Below are positions 25,508 to 34,181 of a DNA stretch of 64,000 nucleotides, piece by piece. Both the position numbers and the translations under genes were made by a program. The DNA is from an uncultured Acidimicrobiaceae bacterium (GTDB taxonomy: Bacteria > Actinomycetota > Acidimicrobiia > Acidimicrobiales > RAAP-2). Below the pieces are notes generated by a model. The model had not been told where the DNA came from. It did no database searches and saw only the letters and a list, made by a program, of their open reading frames with translations. The DNA lies in NCBI GenBank assembly GCA_963835325.1, contig CAWIEV010000004.1, positions 79,576 to 143,575 on the forward strand. Direction: 5' to 3'. Every line of letters begins with the position of its first letter. Positions within the stretch are counted from its first letter, which is position 1.

Positions 25508-25603
25508 CCGGGTGGGCGCACCGGCTGACCGGGTGGGCGCACCGGCTGACCGGGTGTGCGCACCGGCTGACCGGGTGTGCGCACCGGCTGACCGGGTGTG
25601 CGC
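25502..25603. repeat. 21-nt tandem repeat, 4.9 copies, filling a convergent intergenic spacer
   Basis: ggctgaccgggtgggcgcacc occurs twice, then ggctgaccgggtgtgcgcacc about 2.9 times. The first unit starts at the last Gly codon and includes the TGA stop of the sulfur-carrier gene. The array ends 3 nt before the TetR stop (25606). Confidence 0.9.
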
Positions 25604-25605
25604 CC

Positions 25606-26223
25606 TTAGGCTCCCAGCCCTCGCAAGATGAACGTGCAGATCCTCTCGGCCGCGGCCGAGGCCGGCTGGGAAAGGACTTCGCCGGCCCGCACCGCCATGG
25701 CGCCGTAGACCTGCTGGCCGATCAGGGTGACTGCCTCATCGGGGTCCATCTCCCGAAACATGCCCGACGATGCGCCGTCTACGTAGAGGTCACGTAACAG
25801 ACGAGCGATGTTGAGCCCGATGGAAGCCAACTCGTTCCCTACCGCCTCGCCCCCCTGGATGACCATCCCCTGGGTCATCAACGCCAGTCGGAAGAATGCG
25901 GGGTCCTCGTCGATCCGTTCGAACATGCCCTCGATGAGCCGCTCCAGCCGATGGACCGGCTCATCGTCCTTTTCCCACGTTTCGGCGATGTCCTCGAGTA
26001 GCTGGTCGTGCATACCCTTGAGGCATGCCCGTAACAGCTCATCGCGATTGGCGAAATAGACATAGACGGTGGATCTGGCCACCCCGGCCTGAGCCGCGAT
26101 CTCGTCCATGGAAACGTCAGTGGTCTCGCGCTCGCCGAACAGCTTTCTCGCTACGGCGATGACCTGATCGCGACGGAAATCCCGGATGACTTCTTTGAGG
26201 TCGTCAGTCGATCGACGCGGCAC
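25606..26223 (-). CDS. TetR-family transcriptional regulator
   Basis: 205 aa with [46 protein letters not shown]. It starts 3 nt after the P450 stop. Confidence 0.85.
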   Translation of the reverse strand: MPRRSTDDLKEVIRDFRRDQVIAVARKLFGERETTDVSMDEIAAQAGVARSTVYVYFANRDELLRACLKGMHDQLLEDIAETWEKDDEPVHRLERLIEGMFERIDEDPAFFRLALMTQGMVIQGGEAVGNELASIGLNIARLLRDLYVDGASSGMFREMDPDEAVTLIGQQVYGAMAVRAGEVLSQPASAAAERICTFILRGLGA

Positions 26224-26226
26224 CGT

Positions 26227-27510
26227 CTACACCGACATGCGTGCCGCAGGGGGAAATGCCACCGGAATGTGCTTGACGCCGCTGATGAACTGAGACTGCA
26301 GGCGCTGCACCTTGCCGTCGAGTCGGATGTCGGGCATCCGATCGAGCAGGTGCTCGAACATGACCCGAATCTCCATGCGGGCGAGGTTCGCCCCCAGACA
26401 GAAGTGGGGTCCACCGGCACCGAACGCGATGTGAGGATTGGGATTGCGGGTGATGTCGAAGGTTTGAGGATCGTCGAAGACCGCCTCATCGCGGTTGGCC
26501 GATATGTGGAAGAACACCACCTTGCTGTCGGCTTCGATCTGCTGACCCCCGAGTTCGAGCTCCTGGGTGGTCTGACGTCGGAAATTCATCACCGGGGTGA
26601 CGTATCGGAGCATCTCCTCCACGGCCGACGGCAGGAGGGACCGGTCGTTGCGGAGCAGTTCCCACTGGTCCGGATTCTCGAAGAAGGCTGCCATCCCGCC
26701 GGAGATCAGATTTCTGGTGGTCTCGTTGCCCGCCACGGTAAGTAGGAGGAAGAACAGTTCGAGCTCGATGTCGGAGAGCTTTTCGCCGTCGATGTCCACG
26801 CTGTTCAATACGCTCATGAGGTCATCGTGAGGATCCGCCCGCTTTGTCGCGAACAGCTCCGAGGCATAGGCGTACAACTCCATTGCCGCCTGTTGGGATG
26901 CTTCCTCCCCGGTTTGGTATTCGGGGTCCTCGCCGCCGATCATCCGGTTTGACCAGTCGAACATGCGGTGCCGATCCTCGTGGGGGACGCCAAGGAGCTC
27001 GGCGATGACCACCAGCGGCAGCTCGGCGGCCATGTCGGTGACGAAGTCGGCGCTGCCCTCCTCGATGACCGAATCGATGATGCGGTCGGCCGCGGCGTTG
27101 ATCCGTGTGTGGAGCTGGTTGACCATCTTGGGCGTGAATCCCTTGTTGACCAGCCGGCGGTAGCGGGTGTGCAGCGGCGGGTCCATGTTCAGCATCAGCA
27201 GCTGCTGCTGGGCGAGGTCATCTTGGCCGAGGTCCCAGATGAACGTGGCTTTCTTGGCCGAGGAGAAGTGCTCGTAGTCGCGGTTCACCTGGGTGCAGTC
27301 GGCGTGGGAGGTCACGGCCCAAAACCCCGGCCCATCGCTCTCCTCCTGCCACCAGACAGGGGCGTTCTTCCTCAGGTACGCGAACCAGTGGTGGGGCACA
27401 CCATCGGCGTACGGCTTCGAGTCGGTCAGGTTGATGTCGTCGAAGTCGACGACGCTCAGGTCGATCTCACTGTCTGGCATGTCGGATTCACCTTCCGGAG
27501 TATCGGACAT
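26227..27510 (-). CDS. Cytochrome P450
   Basis: 427 aa with the I-helix LLTVAGNETTRN, EXXR (EEMLRY) and the heme loop FGAGGPHFCLGANLARME. Confidence 0.9.
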   Translation of the reverse strand: MSDTPEGESDMPDSEIDLSVVDFDDINLTDSKPYADGVPHHWFAYLRKNAPVWWQEESDGPGFWAVTSHADCTQVNRDYEHFSSAKKATFIWDLGQDDLAQQQLLMLNMDPPLHTRYRRLVNKGFTPKMVNQLHTRINAAADRIIDSVIEEGSADFVTDMAAELPLVVIAELLGVPHEDRHRMFDWSNRMIGGEDPEYQTGEEASQQAAMELYAYASELFATKRADPHDDLMSVLNSVDIDGEKLSDIELELFFLLLTVAGNETTRNLISGGMAAFFENPDQWELLRNDRSLLPSAVEEMLRYVTPVMNFRRQTTQELELGGQQIEADSKVVFFHISANRDEAVFDDPQTFDITRNPNPHIAFGAGGPHFCLGANLARMEIRVMFEHLLDRMPDIRLDGKVQRLQSQFISGVKHIPVAFPPAARMSV

Positions 27511-27656
27511 GGTGTCCGGTACTCCGGATCGTATGTCCGGGATGTGCTCATGTCAACGGGGCGGAGCAGGGATGCGGACCTCCTCGGACTCCTGTGCTGC
27601 CGGCCGCGAGGCTCGTCTGTTTATTTTTCGAAATCGGCCGGATTATTGGCTACAGC

Positions 27657-29320
27657 GTAACTATTCAGCCCCTGACCAGAGGGTCCCCCACCTGGGCGAA
27701 CGGGGCGCGTACCGTGGGGAATTCCGACCCAGGACCCTCCCTCTGAACCCTCGGGGGCGCCCTCCTACGCCGAGCTGATAGCCCTGAACGGCGAGCTGAG
27801 GTCCGCCCTGGTCGACCAGGCCGACCGGTTGGCCACCCTCGAGGCCACGGTGCTCGCCCTGACGGCGGACAACGCTCAGCTGCGATCCCGTCTGGGCACG
27901 AACTCACGGAATTCGTCGAAGCCTCCCTCGAGCGACGGCTACGCCAAACCTGCGCCCAAGTCCCGCCGGGTCCGCTCGGGGAAGAAGCCCGGCAAGCAGC
28001 CGGGCGACCCCGGCAAACACCTGGCCCAGGTGGAAGATCCCGACCTGGTCGTGGACCACCGTCCAGAACACTGTGGTGGGTGCGGGGGGAGTCTGGCCTC
28101 TTCCCCGGTGACCAAGGTCATCACCCGCCAGGTCTTCGATCTCCCCCCGGTGGTGGCCTTGATCACCGAGCACCGCTCCGAGCGTCGCCGCTGCCGCTGT
28201 GGAACCGAGACCGCGGCTCCGTTCCCGGCTCCGGCCACCGGCCCGGCCTGTTACGGGCCCAACCTCCGGGCCCTGATCTGCTACCTGGTGGTCCGCCAGC
28301 ACCTCCCCATCAAGCGGGTGGCCGAACTGATGCGGGACGCCTACGGGATCCCGGTGTCGACCGGGGTCATCGTGGCCATGGTCAACGAGGGGGCGGAGCG
28401 CCTGGAGGACTTCTTGTCCTCGCTCCGGGACCAGTTGCGCTCGGCCGACGTCGTCCATACCGACGAGACCGGCCTGCGGGTGGCCGCCTCGTCGCACTGG
28501 GTCCATTCCGTCTCGACCCGGGACTCGACCTTGTACCACCTCGATGCGAAACGGGGCCCGACCGCCATCGAGGCCATGGACATCCTCACCCACCTGCGGG
28601 GGGTGGTGGTCCATGACCGGTGGCTCCCCTATCGCACCTTTGCCCACCACGCCGAGGTGGACCATGCCTTGTGCAACGCCCACCACCTCCGAGAGCTCGC
28701 CGCCGTGAAGGACACCAAAGGCCAGGAGTGGGCCGGTGACATGGCGGCCTTTTTGGCCGACACCTGGCACCGGGTCCAAGCGGCCAAAGCGGACGGTGCC
28801 ACCTCGTTCGACCCCGATGAGCCGGCCTCATTGCGGGCCGCCTTCTTCCGCATCCTCGAGGCCGGCCACGAGGCCAATCCGCTGGACGACCCCAATCCCA
28901 CTCCGGCGGACTGGCTGATGAACCGGCGCCGGCCCAGGCGCTCACCTGCGGGCAACATCGTCCGACGATTTGACAAGTTTCCGGCCGACGTCCTCCGCTT
29001 CGCCACCGACTTCAAGGTCCCCTTCGACAACAACGAAGCCGAGCGGCAGGTGAGGATGGTCAAGGTCCAACAGAAGATCTCGGGTGGGTTCCGAACCACA
29101 GGCGGCGCCACCTCCTGGCTGGCGCTGCGAAGCTATCTGGCCACGGTGATCAAGCAGGGCCAGAGCCCCCTCGGCGCCCTCCGCCGCCTGGCGCTCGGCG
29201 ACCCCTGGATGCCGGCCATCAACGGCAGCGGCTAAGCCCACACCGGCCCGGCAGACGTCGGTCTCACCCCATGCCCTTCGGTGGGGCAACTACTGCCCTA
29301 GTCAGGGGCTGAATAGTTAC
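27657..29320 (+). mobile_element. IS66-family insertion sequence (single-ORF type), 1664 bp
   Basis: Perfect 20-bp terminal inverted repeats GTAACTATTCAGCCCCTGAC (27657-27676; reverse complement at 29301-29320). Flanking direct repeat gctacagc (27649-27656) / gctacaga (29321-29328), 7/8 identical. Confidence 0.85.
27829..29235 (+). CDS. IS66-family transposase (TnpC-like)
   Basis: 468 aa with an N-terminal leucine-zipper-like LEATVLALTADNAQLRSRL, NSSKPPSSDG, KPGKQPG, the zinc-finger HCGGCGGSL, and a DDE region (HTDETGLRV...VVHDRW...CNAHHLRE). Only a TTG start is available in frame. Confidence 0.85.
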   Translation: MATLEATVLALTADNAQLRSRLGTNSRNSSKPPSSDGYAKPAPKSRRVRSGKKPGKQPGDPGKHLAQVEDPDLVVDHRPEHCGGCGGSLASSPVTKVITRQVFDLPPVVALITEHRSERRRCRCGTETAAPFPAPATGPACYGPNLRALICYLVVRQHLPIKRVAELMRDAYGIPVSTGVIVAMVNEGAERLEDFLSSLRDQLRSADVVHTDETGLRVAASSHWVHSVSTRDSTLYHLDAKRGPTAIEAMDILTHLRGVVVHDRWLPYRTFAHHAEVDHALCNAHHLRELAAVKDTKGQEWAGDMAAFLADTWHRVQAAKADGATSFDPDEPASLRAAFFRILEAGHEANPLDDPNPTPADWLMNRRRPRRSPAGNIVRRFDKFPADVLRFATDFKVPFDNNEAERQVRMVKVQQKISGGFRTTGGATSWLALRSYLATVIKQGQSPLGALRRLALGDPWMPAINGSG

Positions 29321-29670
29321 GCTACAGACGATGGCTGGTCCTCTTCGAAGTCCTATTTTCATCGGCTGCAGCCGGTAATTTGGCCAATTCCGAAATTTTT
29401 CATCGCGACCCCTCCTCCGCCGAAACCATTCATCACGACCCCTGCTGCCTCGGGAAGGTCCAACCCCTCCTGCCTCGGGACGTGGCCGGAGGGCTTCGCT
29501 CCCTGGACCACGTCAGTGGGTGAGCGACGGCGTCCCGGCGGGGTCCGATCGTCCGCCAAAGCGGCCCGCCCGTGAGCGCTTCCGGCCCAGGGACTGAAAT
29601 CCCGTGGTCACCGATGATCGTCGATGAGCCCGGAGGAACACGAACGACGAACGGGCGCCGGACGCCACGC

Positions 29671-30036
29671 TCACGTGCTCCAGTCGACGTCCCCGTCGAT
29701 GATGACCCGAGGGGCCTCGGTCAGGACGAAGTCGAGATGATCGGTGTCGAGGAATTTGGGGATGTCGGCGAACATCTGGGGCGAGTCCACCTCGTTCATA
29801 TGGGCGTTGTATTCGTCCATCGATGCGAACCACTGGACGGTCACGCCGTCATAGCCTGAGCGATCGTCGTCGCCGCGGTAGTCGTCGAGAGGCCGGGGGT
29901 TCTGTTCGTAGCGGATCACGTGGCTGCCGCAGCGACCGTTGGCGATCAGTGGGGCGTGATGATCCTTCCAGTAGGCCTGGAACTCGGCCGGGGTCATCCC
30001 CTCTCTGCGCTTCAGTAGACAGGTCAGCTTGATCAT
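29671..30036 (-). CDS. EthD-family protein
   Basis: 121 aa from ATG 30036: MIKLTCLLKRREGMTPAEFQAYWKDHHAPL...YDGVTVQWFASMDEY. This is the dimeric alpha-beta barrel EthD pattern. Confidence 0.75.
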   Translation of the reverse strand: MIKLTCLLKRREGMTPAEFQAYWKDHHAPLIANGRCGSHVIRYEQNPRPLDDYRGDDDRSGYDGVTVQWFASMDEYNAHMNEVDSPQMFADIPKFLDTDHLDFVLTEAPRVIIDGDVDWST

Positions 30037-30196
30037 CGGCGATATTCTCCCCCGGGTCAGGCGCCGTTCAGGTTGCGGCGGGCACCAGAGGCTCCACCCA
30101 TCCGACATGTCTTGGCAAGCCGGGATCGGAGCGGGGGCGCAATTGCCGGATGGAGCCAGAGCCATCACCCGGTCAGCCGGCCACCCGGCCACCCGG

Positions 30197-30973
30197 TCAG
30201 CCGGCCACCTGGGCGCAGAACAGGTCGGTGATGTAGGGGACGGCGATTGGATCCCCGAGCGTGGCACCGAAGGCCTCGACCTGGGCCAGAAGTGCACGAC
30301 GCTCCTGTTCGGGCAGGACCCGGACGTAGCTCCGTGTGGCTACCTGATCGACGAACCCGGCCAGATCCAGCGTCTGGACGAAGCCGAACTTGGTGCGCTG
30401 AACCGCTCCGAACAGTCCGCTGGCGTCGATGGTCGCCCCGAAGTCCCTCCCCATCGGGTAGGGCTGGCAGAGATCCCATTTGCTGATTCGGACCAACTCG
30501 GCCATGACCGGATCGGACTCGTCCCGCTCGTTCCATATCAGGGCCAGCCACCCCCCGGACCGCAACACGCGGACGATCTCCGGCAGCGCTCGAGGGGGAT
30601 CGAACCAGTGGAAGGCCTGGGCCACGACTACCGCGTCCATGGTCCCCGTCGCCACCGGGACCATCTCCGCCGTCCCGCCGGCCACGGCGACGCCGGGAAC
30701 CGTCTGGTGGAACACCTCGCGCATGGCGGCCGACGGTTCGACGGCCAGGCAGTCGGCGCCATCGGCATGCAGTCGGCGGGTGAGTTTGCCAGTGCCGGCG
30801 GCCAGGTCGAGGACCCGGGACCCGACGGTGATCCCCGTCGTCACCTCGAGGTGGGCGACCGCCTCGGCGGGGTACTCGGGCCGGGCCCGCTCGTAGATTT
30901 CGGCCCCTGTCTCGAAACCGGCCCGGCCGAGGAGCGCCCGATCGGCGGCAACCGGTGGATCGTCGGCGGGCAT
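30197..30973 (-). CDS. Class I SAM-dependent methyltransferase
   Basis: 258 aa with motif I VLDLAAGTGKLTRRL and post-I/II DAVVVAQAFHWF, LRSGGWLALIWN. Confidence 0.8.
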   Translation of the reverse strand: MPADDPPVAADRALLGRAGFETGAEIYERARPEYPAEAVAHLEVTTGITVGSRVLDLAAGTGKLTRRLHADGADCLAVEPSAAMREVFHQTVPGVAVAGGTAEMVPVATGTMDAVVVAQAFHWFDPPRALPEIVRVLRSGGWLALIWNERDESDPVMAELVRISKWDLCQPYPMGRDFGATIDASGLFGAVQRTKFGFVQTLDLAGFVDQVATRSYVRVLPEQERRALLAQVEAFGATLGDPIAVPYITDLFCAQVAG

Positions 30974-31268
30974 GGAGCCACTTTATTGATGTCCATTGGC
31001 GGTAGGGGCCCCATCGCGCCGGTCAGGATCGCGTCCGCAACCCACACCCGGCCGGTGCGCCTTCGGCACTCTCGGGCGGGTCCTCTCGCGGCCGACTCGT
31101 GGGATCAGATACGGTCGAGGGGTGACCGATGGCAGCGCAGGCCGAAGCGACGGCTCCGAGCGCGACCGGTCCGACACCCGGAGTGGCGGAGGAGAACCAT
31201 CGGTCCGGCCCCGGCACCCCGGGCTGACCCCCACGGACGCTCCGGCCCGGAATCGCTGGCTCAGCTCG

Positions 31269-32057
31269 ATGATCAATACGGCGTGGAGTTGGACCGCCAA
31301 GCACGGTGCGATCGGGCCGGGCAACCGTCAGGCGGCCCGTTTCGGGGCCTTCGGTTCCGGCAGCTGTCTGGCCTTCCCGCCGGGAGCCATCTTCGGTGAG
31401 CGTTGGATCCACGTGGGCCGCGACACCCTCATCGGGCCTCACGTGAGCATCTCCGCCGGCATGGTGCCAGGTCAGAAGATGGTCACCGATCCGGTGGTCC
31501 GCATCGGTGACCGCTGCATGATCGGGCGGGGCAGTCACATCGTCGGTCATTTCCAGTTGGAGGTGGGTGACGACGTCCATACCGGGCCGTACGTCTACAT
31601 CACGGACCAGAACCACGGGTACGAGGATCCCGACCAGGTGGTGCACGCACAGTGGCCGAGCGACGTCCCCGTCCTGATCGGAAGCGGGAGCTGGCTGGGG
31701 ACCGGTGTGGTCATCCTCCCGGGCACGGTGCTCGGGCGGAACGTCGTCGTGGGTGCCGGAGCGGTGGTGCGTGGAACCTTCCCCGACCACTGCGTGATCG
31801 CCGGGGTGCCGGCCCGGGTGGTCCGGCGCTACGTGCCCGGTTCCGGATGGGTGGCCGGCACTGACTCGACCACCTCTGCGGCCACGACGGCCCCCGGGTC
31901 GTCGGCCGATCCGGTTTCGTCCACCGGACTCTCGAAACCTGCGGTGCCGACCCGGTCGGAACCGAGGGGCGCCGGTGGAGATGGAGACTCGTCGCTCCCC
32001 GGCGGGGGTTCGGGCCCGGTTGCCTCGGTCAACCTGCCGGGAGCGCCGAGTCCGTAA
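31269..32057 (+). CDS. Left-handed beta-helix (hexapeptide-repeat) acyl/acetyltransferase with low-complexity tail
   Basis: Hexapeptide turns IGPHVSISAG, IGDRCMIGRGSHIVG, VGDDVHTGPYVYI, IGSGSWLGTGVVILPGTVLGRNVVVGAGAVV, then GVPARVVRRY. The start is uncertain (ATG 31269 or GTG near 31122). The last ~70 codons overlap the patatin gene on the opposite strand. Confidence 0.7.
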   Translation: MINTAWSWTAKHGAIGPGNRQAARFGAFGSGSCLAFPPGAIFGERWIHVGRDTLIGPHVSISAGMVPGQKMVTDPVVRIGDRCMIGRGSHIVGHFQLEVGDDVHTGPYVYITDQNHGYEDPDQVVHAQWPSDVPVLIGSGSWLGTGVVILPGTVLGRNVVVGAGAVVRGTFPDHCVIAGVPARVVRRYVPGSGWVAGTDSTTSAATTAPGSSADPVSSTGLSKPAVPTRSEPRGAGGDGDSSLPGGGSGPVASVNLPGAPSP

Positions 32058-33034
32058 CGCCGTACGATCTCGGACGCCTCGGCACGGCCCTGGGCGATCA
32101 GGGACTCTGTGGTGGAGAAGTCGTCGAAATCACGGGATCCGCCCTGTGCTCCGCTGCACACGATGACTTCCACGCCGGGGGGCAGCTGGGCCATGTCGCG
32201 GGCGAACCGCGAATGGATGGAGATCAACAGGGCGGTGAGCATCGCTTCCACTGGGCGCCGCGGCGATGAAGGCGAGTACACAGGCGTGCCGCACAGGAGC
32301 ACGACGATCCGGGTGGCGCCGGACTCGATGGCTCTCCTGATGGGAACGTTGTTGACCACCCCTCCGTCGATGAACCGCTCGCCATCGATCTCCACCGGGG
32401 GGAAGATGGCCGGCACAGCCGTCGATGCCAGCACGGCGTCCATGGCCGAACCGTACGTGAACCATCGCTCCTGGCCGTCGGTCAGCGAGGTGGCCACCAC
32501 CTCGACGGGGACGAGGGCGTCCTCGAGCCGCTCGAAGTCGATCCCGTCCTCGATCACCTTCCGTAGTCCGCTGTTCGGATACACCGAATCCCGCTGCTGG
32601 AGATAGAGCCACGGCCCGTGCAGGCGCCCCTGGGGATAGATGTCGTCGCGGGTCAGTCCCCTCCAGATCTCCGTCATCCTCTCGACCCCTCGACGTGTGG
32701 GGTCGGCAGCGAAGACGACCCCGTTGACCGCACCCACCGACGATCCGTAGATCCGGTCGGGCACGAAGCCGTGCTCCGTGAGCACTTGCAGCATGCCGAT
32801 CTGGACGGCCCCACGGGTACCGCCTCCGGCCAGGACCAGCGCGGTCAACTCACGCTCGTCATCGTCGTCCTCGTCGGCCGCCGGGGGAGGGTCGGACTGC
32901 TCGGCCAGCCACCGCGCCCGCGCAGCCGCGGCCCGTTGGAGGGTGAATCGGATGGTCAGCACGAGCAGGACGGCGGTCACCACGGCGAACAGGGTGAAGA
33001 CGACGGCGAATGAGGTGACCGCGGCTTCAGGCAT
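31829..33034 (-). CDS. Patatin-like phospholipase with N-terminal TM helix
   Basis: Start ATG 33034. TM helix FAVVFTLFAVVTAVLLVLTI, oxyanion LVLAGGGTRGAVQIG, nucleophile elbow GSSVGAVNG and catalytic Asp region FIDGGVVNNVP. Confidence 0.85.
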   Translation of the reverse strand: MPEAAVTSFAVVFTLFAVVTAVLLVLTIRFTLQRAAAARARWLAEQSDPPPAADEDDDDERELTALVLAGGGTRGAVQIGMLQVLTEHGFVPDRIYGSSVGAVNGVVFAADPTRRGVERMTEIWRGLTRDDIYPQGRLHGPWLYLQQRDSVYPNSGLRKVIEDGIDFERLEDALVPVEVVATSLTDGQERWFTYGSAMDAVLASTAVPAIFPPVEIDGERFIDGGVVNNVPIRRAIESGATRIVVLLCGTPVYSPSSPRRPVEAMLTALLISIHSRFARDMAQLPPGVEVIVCSGAQGGSRDFDDFSTTESLIAQGRAEASEIVRRYGLGAPGRLTEATGPEPPPGSDESPSPPAPLGSDRVGTAGFESPVDETGSADDPGAVVAAEVVESVPATHPEPGT

Positions 33035-33149
33035 CAGAGAAGAGGCTACCGGCGACTCCGTCCAGCCCCCGGCCACCCGCCAGCCGACGCATCCCGACCC
33101 CCGCCTGCTGCCTGTGTCGCTTGTGACACCCGCCGGGCACACTTACGCC

Positions 33150-34181
33150 ATGGTGGTGATCGACGTCGACCGTGTTCAGCCCCCCCGGGGTCGCTATCTG
33201 CCATCCGACTCTCCCGAAATGGGCCGGATGCGACCGGCGGCGGTGCTCCAGGGCCATCCCCGGCACTGTCCGGCCGGGCTCGACGGCTGGCAGCCACTGG
33301 CTGGTCCCGCGCTCCTCGACCGGCTCCGTATCACCGGGAGACCCCGCCCGGCCGCCGACCCGGAGCTGGCGGCGAGGCTCCGGCACGAGCTTGAGGAGGG
33401 TCTTCTCTCCGAGGGAGGGGCCGAGGGGGGCAGGAGTGGTCCGCTCGGTTCGGACGAGCAGTCGCCGCTGGTCGTGACCAAGGATCGGCTGACCCGGGCA
33501 CTGTCCGATCTCGACCAGCGGGATGTCGAGTTCGGCCAGCGGCTACCGACCGTGCCCATGGCCTGCGGTGCCATGGTCGATGCCCTCTTCCGCCAGCTGG
33601 TCACCGTTGGGTCGATCGTTGACCCGATGGCCGACGCCCTGGCCGCTCTGTCCATCGACGATCGGCAGTATGAGTTGGTCTCGTGGATCGAGCGCCTGCC
33701 CGGCTCCGAGCTGGCCGAGTTGCGGGCCGAGGTCGAGCGCCAGGCTGACGGACTTGTCCGGCGCTGGCCCCGGCTGGACCCGGCCTGGTTGCCGCGCACG
33801 CAGGAGGCGATGCGAGTCGGGCTGGCCGGCGGCGCGGTGGAGCTTTCGGCCAGGGTGGACCTGGCCGTCGGAAGGCCCGCCGAGCTACAGGCCTCGGTGG
33901 CCATCGTCGAGATCAAGTCGGGGGCCCGGCGGGTGGAGCATCGCGTTGACCTCCACTTCTATGCGCTGGTCGAGGCGCTCCGGAACCCCGCCCCCCCGTT
34001 CGTCGTGGCGACCTACTACACACGGACCGGCGAGCTGGACGTCGATCCGGTGACCGAGGAGCTGTTGGTGGCAGCCGGCCGGCGGACCCTGGCCGGTATC
34101 CGTGCGCTCCGGCGACAGGCTGCTGGCGGTCCTCCCGATCGGGTACCTGGCGGGCCCCAGCGGGGGTCGGTTCGGCGATGA
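33150..34181 (+). CDS. PD-(D/E)XK nuclease-superfamily (RecB/Cas4-like fold) protein, no Cys cluster
   Basis: 343 aa from ATG 33150. The C-terminal core ARVDLAVGRP...ASVAIVEIKSGARRVEHRVDLHFYALVEAL fits a D...(D/E)xK...Y pattern. The family call is from motif reading only. Confidence 0.55.
   Translation: MVVIDVDRVQPPRGRYLPSDSPEMGRMRPAAVLQGHPRHCPAGLDGWQPLAGPALLDRLRITGRPRPAADPELAARLRHELEEGLLSEGGAEGGRSGPLGSDEQSPLVVTKDRLTRALSDLDQRDVEFGQRLPTVPMACGAMVDALFRQLVTVGSIVDPMADALAALSIDDRQYELVSWIERLPGSELAELRAEVERQADGLVRRWPRLDPAWLPRTQEAMRVGLAGGAVELSARVDLAVGRPAELQASVAIVEIKSGARRVEHRVDLHFYALVEALRNPAPPFVVATYYTRTGELDVDPVTEELLVAAGRRTLAGIRALRRQAAGGPPDRVPGGPQRGSVRR

Noticed and set aside
25502-25603. Tandem arrays (also 5288-5500, 54512-54630, 63250-63425) as CRISPR arrays
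   Set aside because: The units are directly abutting with no unique spacers, the unit lengths and composition are atypical, and no cas genes are present.
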